From Candidatus Nitrospinota bacterium M3_3B_026 (GTDB lineage: Bacteria > Nitrospinota_A > UBA7883 > JBPRGF01), in contig JBPRGF010000023.1 in NCBI GenBank assembly GCA_051418015.1, forward strand, positions 224,001-288,000: a stretch of DNA of 64,000 nucleotides, written 5' to 3'. A model generated the notes under the pieces. It was given only the letters and a program-made list of their open reading frames with translations, had not been told where the DNA came from and made no database searches. This document shows positions 28,036 to 37,607 of the stretch, one piece after another. Position 1 is the stretch's first letter, and each line of letters starts with the position of its first letter. The position numbers were made by a program, and so were the translations under genes.

Positions 28036-30693
28036 ATGCCCGACTTGGAGATAATAACCACGCACCTGCACGCCGACTTCGACTGCGTCGCCTCCATGGT
28101 GGCGGCGCGCAAGCTCCATCCCGAAGCCGTGCTTGTCTTCCCCGGATCTCAGGAGAAGAACGTGCGCGATTATCTGGCCGAGGCGGATATCGTCCTCCAG
28201 TCCCGCAGACTCAAAGGTTTGGATTTCAAGGAGATCCGGAAGGTCATAGTGGTGGACGCCTCCACGCGGGAGCGGATAGGGCCCTTTTCGGAGCTTGTCG
28301 GCGGGGAGGGGGTGGAGTTCGAGCTTTACGACCATCATCCCACGGCCAAGATGGACATCCCGGCGAAAAAGGCGCTCATAAAAGAGCGCGGCGCCACCAT
28401 CACGATATTCACGGAGATATTCAGGGAGAAGGGGATAGAGATAACCCCCGCCGAGGCGACCCTTTTCGCTCTGGGGCTTTACGAGGACACGGGGGCGCTG
28501 ATGTTCACCTCCACCCGCCCGGAGGATTACGAGGCCGCGGCGTGGCTTTTGAAAAAGGGGGCGGACCTGAATGTCGTGTCGGACTACATCAAAAGGGAGC
28601 TCAACGCGGCGCAGATCGACCTTCTGAACAGCCTGCTCAAGAGCCTCGAGGTGAGACGCGTAAGAGGTGTTCCCGTGGCCGTCGCCACCGCCTCCAGGCC
28701 GCGCTACGTAGGGGACGTGGCAAACGTGGCGCACAAGATCATGGACGTGGAAAACCTCGATGTCCTCTTCGTCCTCGTGCGCATGGAGGATCGGACGAGC
28801 CTGGTGGCAAGAAGCAGGCTGGAGAGCGTGAACGCCGGACTGGTGGCCGAAAAGCTGGGGGGAGGAGGGCATCCCACCGCCGCCTCTGCCAACATAAAAA
28901 AACTCACCCTTCCCCAGACCATTGACAGGCTCTGGGAGGCGGTGAGCGAGGTGATAGAGCCTGCCCCCATGGCCAGGGACATGATGATAGAACAGGCGAT
29001 AACCATCCGCCCCGGCGCGTCCATGACGGAGGCGGAAAGGATGATGACCCGGTACGACATAAACGGGATGCCGGTGACAAGCGATGACAGGCCCGTGGGG
29101 CTCATCACCCGCCAGATAGTGGAGAAGGCCATACACCACGGCATGGCGGATAGCCCCGTGAGTGATTTCATGATAAGCGAGTTCGCGGCGGCGGCCCCCG
29201 ACACGCCTCTGCGAGAGCTGATGGACATCATCCTTGGCCGCAGGCAGAAGCTTATCCCCGTGGTGGACAGGGAGACCTCGAAGCTCGTCGGTCTGGTGAC
29301 CCGCGGGATGGCCCTGGGCAGGCTCTACGGCGACGCTTTGAAGACACAGCCTGCGCCGATGATCCACGACAGGGCGGCGGGCGGCCCTGGCGCAAGGAGC
29401 GTGGAAGGGATCATGCGCGACAGGCTGCCGGGGCGTATTTTAAGGCTTTTCAAGTTCATAGCGGAAGTCGCCGGCGAGAGCGGGTGCTCGGCCTATGTCG
29501 CCGGCGGGTTCGTGCGCGACCTGCTGCTGCGCATAGAGAACACCGACGTGGACATCGTGATAGAGGGCGACGGAATAGACTTCGCCAGGAAACTGGCCGA
29601 ACGGCTCAAGGGGAGAGTGAGAGCCCACGAGAAGTTCAAGACGGCGGTGGTCGTCCTGCCTGATGGGTTCAAGATCGACGTGGCCACGGCGAGGATAGAG
29701 TACTACGCCAGCCCCGGCGCGCTGCCCACGGTGGAGATGAGCGCCCTGCGGCACGACCTGTACCGGCGCGACTTCACCATCAACGCCATGGCCATAAGGC
29801 TCAACGGCCCCAGGCCGAACACGCTGGTCGACTTTTTCGGGGGCCAGGCGGACCTGAAGGACCACGTGATCCGCGTCCTGAGCAATTTAAGCTTCGTGGA
29901 GGACCCCACCAGGGCCTTCCGCGCCGTCAGGTTCGAGCGCCGCTACGGCTTCACCATGGGCAAGCAGACGCTCCAGCTGCTGAAGGCCGCGGTGAAAAAC
30001 CAGCTGTTCAACCGCCTGTCGGGAGCCCGCCTCTTAGGGGAGCTGAAGCTGATACTAAGCGAGCGGAGGCCCGCCGGGGCCCTCGCCAGGATGAAGGAGC
30101 TCGACCTGCTCAAGTTCATTCATCCCGCCCTGGATTTCGACGAGGACACGGCCGGGGTCATGGACCGTCTCGACGACCTTCTGGCCTGGGCGGCCCTGGC
30201 CTTTCCGGACTCGCCGCTCGAAAGCTGGATGGCCCGCTTCCTGGCCATGACCTCCAAGCTCGACAACGCGAAAATGACCGAGATGGCCGAAAAGTTCCCC
30301 ACGGAGAGAAAGACCATAAATGAGATGATGAGCCTGCGTAAACCCGTCCAGGACGCCCTGGGGAAGATTCAAAGGCGCCGCGACACCCCTCCCTCGTGGC
30401 TTTACAGGCAGCTCAGGCCCATCCGCGCCGAGGGGCTTCTTTTCATGGCCGCGAAGGCCGGGGACGAGCGCGTGACAGACGCCGTCACGGGCTACATGAC
30501 GAAACTGGAGAACACAAAGCCTCTCGTCACAGGCGACGATGTGCTGAGAATGGGCGTCCCCCCCTCCCCCGCCGTCAGGAAGATACTGGAGGAAACCTTC
30601 GCCGCCCAGCTCGACGGCCGGATATCCTCCAGGGAGGAGGCGTTATTGTTCGCCGAAGGGCTGGCGAAAAAGGAAAAGGCCGCAAAAGGCTAG
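28036..30693 (+). CDS. Class II tRNA nucleotidyltransferase (CCA- or A-adding) with DHH/DHHA1 and CBS domains
   Basis: HLHADFD...YDHH...GGGGH (DHH/DHHA1), two CBS domains, AGGFVRDLLL..DVD, DLYRRDFTINA and EDPTR. Confidence 0.93.
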   Translation: MPDLEIITTHLHADFDCVASMVAARKLHPEAVLVFPGSQEKNVRDYLAEADIVLQSRRLKGLDFKEIRKVIVVDASTRERIGPFSELVGGEGVEFELYDHHPTAKMDIPAKKALIKERGATITIFTEIFREKGIEITPAEATLFALGLYEDTGALMFTSTRPEDYEAAAWLLKKGADLNVVSDYIKRELNAAQIDLLNSLLKSLEVRRVRGVPVAVATASRPRYVGDVANVAHKIMDVENLDVLFVLVRMEDRTSLVARSRLESVNAGLVAEKLGGGGHPTAASANIKKLTLPQTIDRLWEAVSEVIEPAPMARDMMIEQAITIRPGASMTEAERMMTRYDINGMPVTSDDRPVGLITRQIVEKAIHHGMADSPVSDFMISEFAAAAPDTPLRELMDIILGRRQKLIPVVDRETSKLVGLVTRGMALGRLYGDALKTQPAPMIHDRAAGGPGARSVEGIMRDRLPGRILRLFKFIAEVAGESGCSAYVAGGFVRDLLLRIENTDVDIVIEGDGIDFARKLAERLKGRVRAHEKFKTAVVVLPDGFKIDVATARIEYYASPGALPTVEMSALRHDLYRRDFTINAMAIRLNGPRPNTLVDFFGGQADLKDHVIRVLSNLSFVEDPTRAFRAVRFERRYGFTMGKQTLQLLKAAVKNQLFNRLSGARLLGELKLILSERRPAGALARMKELDLLKFIHPALDFDEDTAGVMDRLDDLLAWAALAFPDSPLESWMARFLAMTSKLDNAKMTEMAEKFPTERKTINEMMSLRKPVQDALGKIQRRRDTPPSWLYRQLRPIRAEGLLFMAAKAGDERVTDAVTGYMTKLENTKPLVTGDDVLRMGVPPSPAVRKILEETFAAQLDGRISSREEALLFAEGLAKKEKAAKG

Positions 30694-31754
30694 GGCCGCT
30701 TTCCCGCCGCCTTGACCACCCTGGGCCGCGCCGGCGCTTCCTCTTCCGCGCCCAGCGCGGCGGCGTCCACGCAAGGGAGCCTTCGCAGGCCGTTTTCCTC
30801 GAAGATGCTCTCCTCGTAGCTCATCATGAGCAGCCCGTCCTTGAAATCGCCGATGGCCGGCTCCGGCGCCTCGCCCAGAACCTCCCGCAGTATGGTCGTG
30901 AAAAAGTCCGCCCCCGCCGCCACGGTCAGCTGGATGGCGCCGGAGAACCGGGGATTTATCTCGAAAAAGACCGCCTCGCCGTCCCGCATCTTGAGCTGCA
31001 GGTTTACGGGCCCCACAACGCCGAGCTTTTCGAGTATCGCCCTGCTCAGAGCGATAAGCTTCGGATCCCGCCGCGTCCTGCCCCTGTCGCAGACGCCGGA
31101 GCGGATGACGATCCTCTCGCGGGGGACGATCGACAATATCCTGCCGTCGAGCCCCGCCAGGGCGTCGATGGTGTACTCCACCCCTTCCAGGTAGCGCTGG
31201 ATCACCGGATCCTCGACGTAATCCATGAAAAAGCGCAGCTCCCTTTCATCGCGCACGGGGAAAGCCTTTATGGAGCCTCTGCCCGTCCTAGGCTTTATGA
31301 AAAGGGGATATTCGATACTGTCGAAGTTCACCTCCCCCGGAAGAGTTGTTTCGGCGAAAGGGAAATCGTTCTCCTCGAAAAACCTGGCCGTCAGGTACTT
31401 GTCGTTGCATATGATCCCGGTCCGCTCATCCGACACCAGGACCGTGACCCCGATGGCCTCGAAGCCGTCCTTGCTCCGCCCCAGGATGGGAAGCTCCTCA
31501 TCTATGGTGGGGACAACGAGCCTGATCCCCTCCCGCCTGCAGATCTCCATGATCGCGGGGATATAATCGGGCGAGCTTGACAGGGGGACTATGTGGCTTT
31601 TGTCGCAAAACCTCAGGCCGGGCGACAGTTCATCGGTGTCGCAGACCTGCACCTGCCCCCGCAGGCCCAGCCCCCGCAGCGCCCGCGCGAACCCCCGGAT
31701 CATGGCGACCCTGCGCGAGGCGGCCGTAATGAGTATGTTGAAACTGTCCGGCAT
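30690..31754 (-). CDS. ATP-grasp domain protein (carbamoyl-phosphate synthase large subunit-like, short form)
   Basis: ILITAASRR, VPTIDEEL, CNDKY, FIKPRTGRGS, EYTID and FEINPRFSG. Confidence 0.88.
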   Translation of the reverse strand: MPDSFNILITAASRRVAMIRGFARALRGLGLRGQVQVCDTDELSPGLRFCDKSHIVPLSSSPDYIPAIMEICRREGIRLVVPTIDEELPILGRSKDGFEAIGVTVLVSDERTGIICNDKYLTARFFEENDFPFAETTLPGEVNFDSIEYPLFIKPRTGRGSIKAFPVRDERELRFFMDYVEDPVIQRYLEGVEYTIDALAGLDGRILSIVPRERIVIRSGVCDRGRTRRDPKLIALSRAILEKLGVVGPVNLQLKMRDGEAVFFEINPRFSGAIQLTVAAGADFFTTILREVLGEAPEPAIGDFKDGLLMMSYEESIFEENGLRRLPCVDAAALGAEEEAPARPRVVKAAGKRP

Positions 31755-32085
31755 CTGTCGTTACCTAGCGTTCAGTCCCCTGATTAGCTGAAAAACCCGG
31801 AAAAGCGTACCGAAGCGCAAACGGCCGAGTAAAGACTCGCCCGGGCGAAGCGAGCCCGGCAGGCGTATAAAAATACCCGCCCGCGCCGGGAAGCTCCAAA
31901 ATTTTCGGCGCTTAACAACCGTTTTGGCGCCTCCCGTGTATAATATTAGATATCGACATATACAGGCAATTACTTTATGAGCCGCGCGGCGGGCGAAACA
32001 TTCTATAAATAAACGCCTTAGGCCGACGCAAAACAAAAAACAGGCGGACAAAAAATTGGCAGACAGAAAAGGAAGGGATCAATAC

Positions 32086-32577
32086 ATGACGAACCTTGTC
32101 TATCAGAAGGTTGGAGTCTTCATCGACGCCGAGAACGTCGAGCTTTCCGGATACAACATCTTCGGCGGGCGGACAAACTACGCCCTGCTGATCGAGGAGA
32201 TAGGCCGGCGGGAGATCACCCGCATCATATATTACAAACCCATACACAAAACCATAAGTGACGACTTCAGGCGGTTCTGGACGAGCATGGGCGGAGAGAT
32301 AAAACAACCGATAAAAAACGCCGACGCCTGGCTTGCCATAGACGCCGTCACCCTGGCCGACAAGCTGGACGTGGTGGTGCTGGTCGGCGGTGACAAGGAT
32401 TACCTGCCCCTCGTGTGGTACCTCAAAAACCGCGGGTGCAAGGTGGAGATATGGTCCTACCCGGAGACATGCTCCGACATGATGCAGGAGGCGGCGGACC
32501 TGTTCGTCCCGCTGGACGGACGGTTCACCATCCAGGACAGGCCAGGCGGGCGCGTTCGCCAGCTAAAAAAGACTTGA
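32086..32577 (+). CDS. NYN-domain (LabA/DUF88, PIN-like) protein
   Basis: VFIDAENV, KNADAWLAIDA, LVGGDKDYLPLV..LK.RG and ADLFVPL. Confidence 0.88.
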   Translation: MTNLVYQKVGVFIDAENVELSGYNIFGGRTNYALLIEEIGRREITRIIYYKPIHKTISDDFRRFWTSMGGEIKQPIKNADAWLAIDAVTLADKLDVVVLVGGDKDYLPLVWYLKNRGCKVEIWSYPETCSDMMQEAADLFVPLDGRFTIQDRPGGRVRQLKKT

Positions 32578-32602
32578 CTTGCGCACATGGACATAATATA
32601 AA
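32574..32602 (+). promoter_or_regulatory. Sigma70-type promoter for the M23 peptidase gene
   Basis: TTGACT-N17-TATAAA. Confidence 0.55.
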
Positions 32603-32753
32603 ACAGCGCCAAGGCAACCGGGGCCAGACCCCGGCTGAACCGCGGCGCGGATGAGGGGTAGTCACTGGCTCGCCGGGATGCGGCGCAGGCTTCGCCGCGT
32701 GCGTGAAGACTGTTTTTTTCGGTTCGAACTGGGGGCCGATCTCTGGGGACGTT

Positions 32754-33692
32754 ATGGCAAAAGACGGAATATCCGGCGCTTTCTCGAAAAAGTACACTCT
32801 CATTTTCGTCCCGGACATCACGGGCAGGTTCATCAGGTTCTCCGTGCCGAAGTTTCTGGCCAAGGGTCTTCTGGCTTTCGGCCTGGTCTCGCTCGGGGTC
32901 TTCGGCTACTTCTCTTACACGGTGATCCAGAAAAGCGAGAATCTGGACGAGCTCGCCCGGTTGAGGCAAGCGGCGGCCGCCCAGAAGCTGGAGATACAAA
33001 AGTTCCGCAAAAAGGTGAAACAGGTGGAGGTTCAGCTGGCCAGGCTGGAGAAGTTCGACAAGAAACTGCGGGTCATAACCTCACTCGAAAGCCAGGCGCC
33101 GGATTCCTCCGAGTACGGGACCGGCGGCCCCTATTACGATGATCCGGCTGGCGAGCTGTCCCCGGCGTCGAAATACACCGAGTCGCTCATGGACGCCCTG
33201 AACAACGACCTGGGAAGGATAAAACAGAAAGCCAGGGCGCAAGAGATAAGCTTTTTCGAGTTGGACGAGTTCTTCAAGGAGCAGTCCTCGCTGCTGACCC
33301 ACACGCCCTCCGTATGGCCGGCCCGCGGCTGGGTGACTTCCACCTTCGGCTACCGCAGGTCGCCTTTCACGGGCCTGAGGGAAATGCACGAGGGGATCGA
33401 TATCGCCACGCAGCTCAAAGCGCCCGTCATCGCCCCGGCGAACGGGATCGTCATCCGTGTCGGGTTCCATCCGGGCTACGGAAAGCTCGTGGAGCTGGAC
33501 CACGGCTACGGGGTGGTGACCAGGTACGGGCACAACTCCAAGAACCTCGTCGAACCGGGCCAGAAGATCAAGAGGGGCGAGATCATCGCCCTGGTTGGAA
33601 GCACCGGCAGGTCCACCGGGCCGCACCTGCACTACGAGGTGCTGCTCAACGGCGTCCCGGTCAACCCTTACAGATACATACTTGAAAACTAG
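32754..33692 (+). CDS. M23-family metallopeptidase (TM + coiled coil + LytM domain)
   Basis: HEGIDIA, YGHNS and STGPHLHYE. ATG 32754 chosen as start. Confidence 0.93.
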   Translation: MAKDGISGAFSKKYTLIFVPDITGRFIRFSVPKFLAKGLLAFGLVSLGVFGYFSYTVIQKSENLDELARLRQAAAAQKLEIQKFRKKVKQVEVQLARLEKFDKKLRVITSLESQAPDSSEYGTGGPYYDDPAGELSPASKYTESLMDALNNDLGRIKQKARAQEISFFELDEFFKEQSSLLTHTPSVWPARGWVTSTFGYRRSPFTGLREMHEGIDIATQLKAPVIAPANGIVIRVGFHPGYGKLVELDHGYGVVTRYGHNSKNLVEPGQKIKRGEIIALVGSTGRSTGPHLHYEVLLNGVPVNPYRYILEN

Positions 33693-33777
33693 CCTCCGGG
33701 CAAGACACCCCCGCAGGCGGCAAGGGCGCGCCGGGGCGGGGGGGCGAAGTTTCAGGCTCAACTGACTCCAGGCCGCT

Positions 33778-34353
33778 GTGTTGGAATTCAACCTGCCGAA
33801 CAGGATCACGCTTTTCAGGATTTTCCTCGTCCCCGTCATCCTTGTCTTCCTAATATCCCCGTCGCTCTGGTCCTCCATCGTGGCCGCGCTCGTCTTCGGC
33901 CTGGCGGCGGCGACGGACTGGCTGGACGGCCACCTGGCCAGGGTCACGAACCAGGTTACGCTCCTCGGCAAGCTGCTCGACCCCATCGCCGACAAGCTCC
34001 TGATCGTCGCGGCCCTGGTCCCTCTCGTGGAGCTTGGCAGGGTGTCGGCGTGGATAGTGGCCGTTATCATCGGCAGGGAGCTGGCCGTCTCCGGGCTGCG
34101 CATAATCGCGTCGTCACAGGGGATACACATGGCCGCGGGCGTCTCGGGAAAATACAAGACAGTGACAGAGATCGTGGCGATCCTGTTTTTGATACTCGAC
34201 TTCAACGTCGTCTTCCACTACGCGGGGCAGATCGGGATATGGGCGGCGATGATCCTGTCCATAATCTCCGCCGCCGACTATTTCGCCCAGTTCTGGAGCA
34301 AGCTGTCGCCGGAGGACGTGAAAAGGCTCGATGACGCGGGGCTGGACGCCTGA
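33778..34353 (+). CDS. pgsA: CDP-diacylglycerol--glycerol-3-phosphate 3-phosphatidyltransferase
   Basis: NLPNRITLFRI and TDWLDGHLAR...GKLLDPIADK. Confidence 0.95.
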   Translation: MLEFNLPNRITLFRIFLVPVILVFLISPSLWSSIVAALVFGLAAATDWLDGHLARVTNQVTLLGKLLDPIADKLLIVAALVPLVELGRVSAWIVAVIIGRELAVSGLRIIASSQGIHMAAGVSGKYKTVTEIVAILFLILDFNVVFHYAGQIGIWAAMILSIISAADYFAQFWSKLSPEDVKRLDDAGLDA

Positions 34354-34371
34354 CGCCGGAGCGAAGCGATG

Positions 34372-34400
34372 TTGACTTTGCCAGACCCCGGCATTAACCT
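34372..34400 (+). promoter_or_regulatory. Sigma70-type promoter of bioB-bioF, overlapped by a weak BirA-operator-like palindrome
   Basis: TTGACT-N17-TAACCT; TGTTGAC-N16-ATTAACC. Confidence 0.5.
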
Positions 34401-34448
34401 TTCCTGGAAAAGATCCTAATCCTCGAAAAAAGGCGCTCTCGAAGACAT

Positions 34449-35477
34449 ATGACACAGACAATGACCACCGGCCCGGCCGCGGACACGGCGGATTTCATAT
34501 CGGGCGTTGAACGGAAAGCCCTGGCGGACGAGCCGCTGACCTGGGACGAGGCGGCGCGCCTGGCCCGCCTGGACACGGCGCATATATACGACCTCATCGC
34601 CGCCGCGAACAGGATCCGGCGCAGGCACAAGGGCGACGAGGTGTCGCTTTGCGCCATCATAAACGCAAAGTCCGGCCGATGCCCGGAGGACTGCGCCTTT
34701 TGCTCCCAGTCCGTCAGGGCGAAATCCGGCGCGCCGGTCTTCGATCTTCTTCCGCCCGGGAAGATAGTGGACGGCGCCCGGGAGGCGCTGGCCGCGGGGG
34801 CGCGCAAGTTCGGGATCGTCACCTCCGGCTACGGCTACTCCGCCAGCGGCGGCGGCCCGGAGATAGACTCCATAACGAAAGCCCTGGACGGGATGAGACG
34901 CGGCGTGCCGATCCACCGGTGCGCGAGCCTGGGGATCATCGACCATGAGACGGCCGAGAGGCTCCGGAACGCCGGGCTGCAGGAATACCACCACAACCTG
35001 GAGACGGCGAGGTCCTTCTTTCCGCAAGTATGCTCCACCCACGACTATGAAGAAGACGTAGCGACGATAAGAGCGGTGAAGGCCGCCGGGCTGCGCGCTT
35101 GCTGTGGAGGGGTCTTTGGGATGGGAGAGAGCCCGGAGCAGCGCGTGGAGCTGGCTTTCACGTTGAGAGATCTGGACGTGGACTCCATCCCTCTCAACTT
35201 CCTGACGCCCATCAAAGGCACAAGGCTTGAGGACACGGAGCCATTGCCGCCGCTTGAGATATTGAAAATCATCGCGATGTACAGGATGATCCTGCCGACG
35301 AAGGACATAAAAGTGGCCGGGGGGAGGGAGAAAAACCTGCGCGACCTGCAGTGCCTCATTTTCGCCGCCGGGGCGAACTCCACGATGGTCGGAGACTACC
35401 TGACCACGCAGGGAAGGAGCGCCGGGGACGACCTCAGGATGATCGCCGACCTCGGGCTTTCCGTCCGGGAGGAATGA
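34449..35477 (+). CDS. bioB: Biotin synthase
   Basis: NAKSGRCPEDCAFCSQS (radical SAM), YHHNLET, SIPLNFL and GANSTMVGDYLTT. Confidence 0.97.
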   Translation: MTQTMTTGPAADTADFISGVERKALADEPLTWDEAARLARLDTAHIYDLIAAANRIRRRHKGDEVSLCAIINAKSGRCPEDCAFCSQSVRAKSGAPVFDLLPPGKIVDGAREALAAGARKFGIVTSGYGYSASGGGPEIDSITKALDGMRRGVPIHRCASLGIIDHETAERLRNAGLQEYHHNLETARSFFPQVCSTHDYEEDVATIRAVKAAGLRACCGGVFGMGESPEQRVELAFTLRDLDVDSIPLNFLTPIKGTRLEDTEPLPPLEILKIIAMYRMILPTKDIKVAGGREKNLRDLQCLIFAAGANSTMVGDYLTTQGRSAGDDLRMIADLGLSVREE

Positions 35478-35496
35478 ACCCTCCCGGGGCCGCGCC

Positions 35497-36663
35497 ATGA
35501 CCTTCGACGATGCCCTGGACCGCGCCCGCGATACCGGGCGTCTCAGGTCGTTAAGAGTCCTGGACGGCGCGTCCGGGCGGACGGCGGTTATGGACGGCCG
35601 GGAGGTTGTTCTCTTCTCGTCAAACGACTACCTGGGCCTTTCGGGCCATCCGAGGGTCAGGGAGGCCGCCGTGGCGGCGATCGAAAAAAGCGGCTGGGGC
35701 GCCGGCGCCTCGCGGCTGATCTCCGGGACAAGGCGGGCCCACACCGAGTTCGAGGAAAAGATCGCCGGCTGGCTCGGCAAATCCGCCGCGCTGTTTTTCA
35801 GCTCCGGCTACGCCGCCAACGTGGGGCTGCTCACCGCCCTTCTCGGCAAGGGCGACGAGGTCTTCGCCGACAGGCTCTGCCACGCCAGCATACTGGATGG
35901 GGCGCGATTCTCCGGGGCGCGGCTCTTCAGGTTCGCCCACAACGATCCGGACTCGCTCGAAAGGTCGCTGGCGAAGAGCGCCGGGCGCGGGATGAGACTG
36001 GTGGTGACGGAGGGGGTCTTTTCGATGGACGGCGACATCGCGCCCCTTCGCCCGATAGCGGAAATCGCTAAAAAACACGGCGCGGCGCTGATGGTCGACG
36101 ACGCCCACGGAGTCGGACTGTTCGGATCCGGGGGACGCGGGACCGTGAGCGAGGCGGGCGTTTCGGACGTTGTGGACATACACGTAGCGCCGCTGGGGAA
36201 GGCCATGGGAGGCGCTGGCGCCGCCGTCCTGGGATCGCGAAGGCTGATCGACGGCCTTGTGAATTTCTCCCGTTCTTTCATTTACTCGACCGCCCCGCCT
36301 CCCGCCGCCGCGGCCGCCGCCTCCGCGGCGATCGACATAGTCTCCGGCGAGGAGGGGGACAGGCTGCGTGAGGCGCTTTTTTCAAACGCGGCGCGGGCGC
36401 GCGATGGGCTGCGGCGGCTGGGATACGACACCGGCGGCTCCGCATCGCAGATAACTCCCGTAATCATCGGCCCCGGCGCGGCCGTGACGGAGCTTGGGGA
36501 GCGCCTGTTCGATGGCGGGCTCTTCGTCCCGGCTATAAGACCGCCCACGGTCCCGGAGGGCTCGGCGCGGCTCCGTGTCTCGATAACATCCGGCCATACG
36601 GAAAAAGACTTGGAAAAACTGCTGGAACTGTTTAAAATTTCCAGAAGTGGTAAAAATTTTTAA
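35497..36663 (+). CDS. bioF: 8-amino-7-oxononanoate synthase
   Basis: FSSNDYLGL, GAGASRLISG, HASILDG, TEGVFSMDGD, DDAHG, LGKA and AIRPPTVP. Confidence 0.95.
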   Translation: MTFDDALDRARDTGRLRSLRVLDGASGRTAVMDGREVVLFSSNDYLGLSGHPRVREAAVAAIEKSGWGAGASRLISGTRRAHTEFEEKIAGWLGKSAALFFSSGYAANVGLLTALLGKGDEVFADRLCHASILDGARFSGARLFRFAHNDPDSLERSLAKSAGRGMRLVVTEGVFSMDGDIAPLRPIAEIAKKHGAALMVDDAHGVGLFGSGGRGTVSEAGVSDVVDIHVAPLGKAMGGAGAAVLGSRRLIDGLVNFSRSFIYSTAPPPAAAAAASAAIDIVSGEEGDRLREALFSNAARARDGLRRLGYDTGGSASQITPVIIGPGAAVTELGERLFDGGLFVPAIRPPTVPEGSARLRVSITSGHTEKDLEKLLELFKISRSGKNF

Positions 36664-36671
36664 GTGGAGAT

Positions 36672-37592
36672 ATGTCCGCGCCCAAACAAAAATCCAAGAT
36701 GACGATCCTGGTGGCCGATCCGGACGAGACCAGCCGAAACGTTGTCTCCATCATGCTCCACAAGCTCGGCTACCGCGAGATCATGGAAGCCGTGGACAAG
36801 GGCGAGGCGGACGAAGTGATCGCAAGGCTCACCAGGGACAACTCCGGCATGGCCGGCCTCCTGGGAAGCAGCGCCCCGGGAGAGACCGTTGATCTTGACC
36901 TCCTGATCCTGGACGCCGGCTTCTCCCCCGCCGGGGGGGCGGCGTACCTTTCCGGCCTGCGAAAGAGGTTCAAACCCGATGAGTTGCCAGTCCTGGCCAT
37001 CGGCTCCAAAGACGCGGAGAGCCGCCTCGCCGAGACCCTCGACGCCGGGGCGAACCATACTTTGCAAAAACCGTTCAGCAGGGATTCGCTGAGAGCGGCG
37101 CTCGACTCCCTGCTTGTCCCTGGCGGGGCGCCGGTAATACGCTCATTCAGCTTCGCGCAACCCCGGCAGGAGCAGAAACGGGAAAAACCGAGGAACTCGC
37201 CCGCTGCGGGGGACAGGCCGGCTTCCACGGCGCCGCCGAAAGCGCTGATGGCGGAAAGGACCGCGAGCGGCGGAGCGTCTTTTCACTCACGCCAGAGAGC
37301 CCAGAAGGGCTACTCCACCGATAGCGAGCCCACGGCGGTTCTCATCGACGGAAAGATCGACGGCCATTATCACGAGAAGGTGGACGTTATCGGCGGAGGG
37401 GTGAACTGCTTCTGGGCGAGAAAGGTTGACGAAGAGGAGATCGTCCGGCTGGAGTACATCTCCGCCAGGGGCAGGCCCACGGGGATGGTGGCCAAGGACG
37501 TCTCGCTGGAGCGGTTCATGTACACCTTCCACCTGTGCGACGAGGGAAACTGCCCGATCCTGTCCAGGCTGGCCGAGGAGAAGAGGACCTGA
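36672..37592 (+). CDS. Receiver (CheY-like) domain protein with an unrecognised C-terminal domain
   Basis: ILVADPD...LLILD...AGANHTLQKPF, then a low-complexity linker and a Cys/His-containing tail domain. Confidence 0.75.
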   Translation: MSAPKQKSKMTILVADPDETSRNVVSIMLHKLGYREIMEAVDKGEADEVIARLTRDNSGMAGLLGSSAPGETVDLDLLILDAGFSPAGGAAYLSGLRKRFKPDELPVLAIGSKDAESRLAETLDAGANHTLQKPFSRDSLRAALDSLLVPGGAPVIRSFSFAQPRQEQKREKPRNSPAAGDRPASTAPPKALMAERTASGGASFHSRQRAQKGYSTDSEPTAVLIDGKIDGHYHEKVDVIGGGVNCFWARKVDEEEIVRLEYISARGRPTGMVAKDVSLERFMYTFHLCDEGNCPILSRLAEEKRT

Positions 37593-37607
37593 GAAACCGG
37601 GGCGGCG

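Noticed and set aside
31800..31885. Cluster of small hairpins upstream of the ATP-grasp gene, with a GCAAAC...AAAG pattern reminiscent of a c-di-GMP-I riboswitch
   Set aside because: The GNRA loop, the GACGCAAA junction and the receptor stem are not properly present. Short GC stems are expected by chance at this composition.
32604..32700. Superficial resemblance to SRP (4.5S) or 6S RNA
   Set aside because: It lacks the SRP core CAGG-N-CC-GNRA-GG-AGCAG motif and does not form a single long rod. It is kept only as an unknown structured leader.
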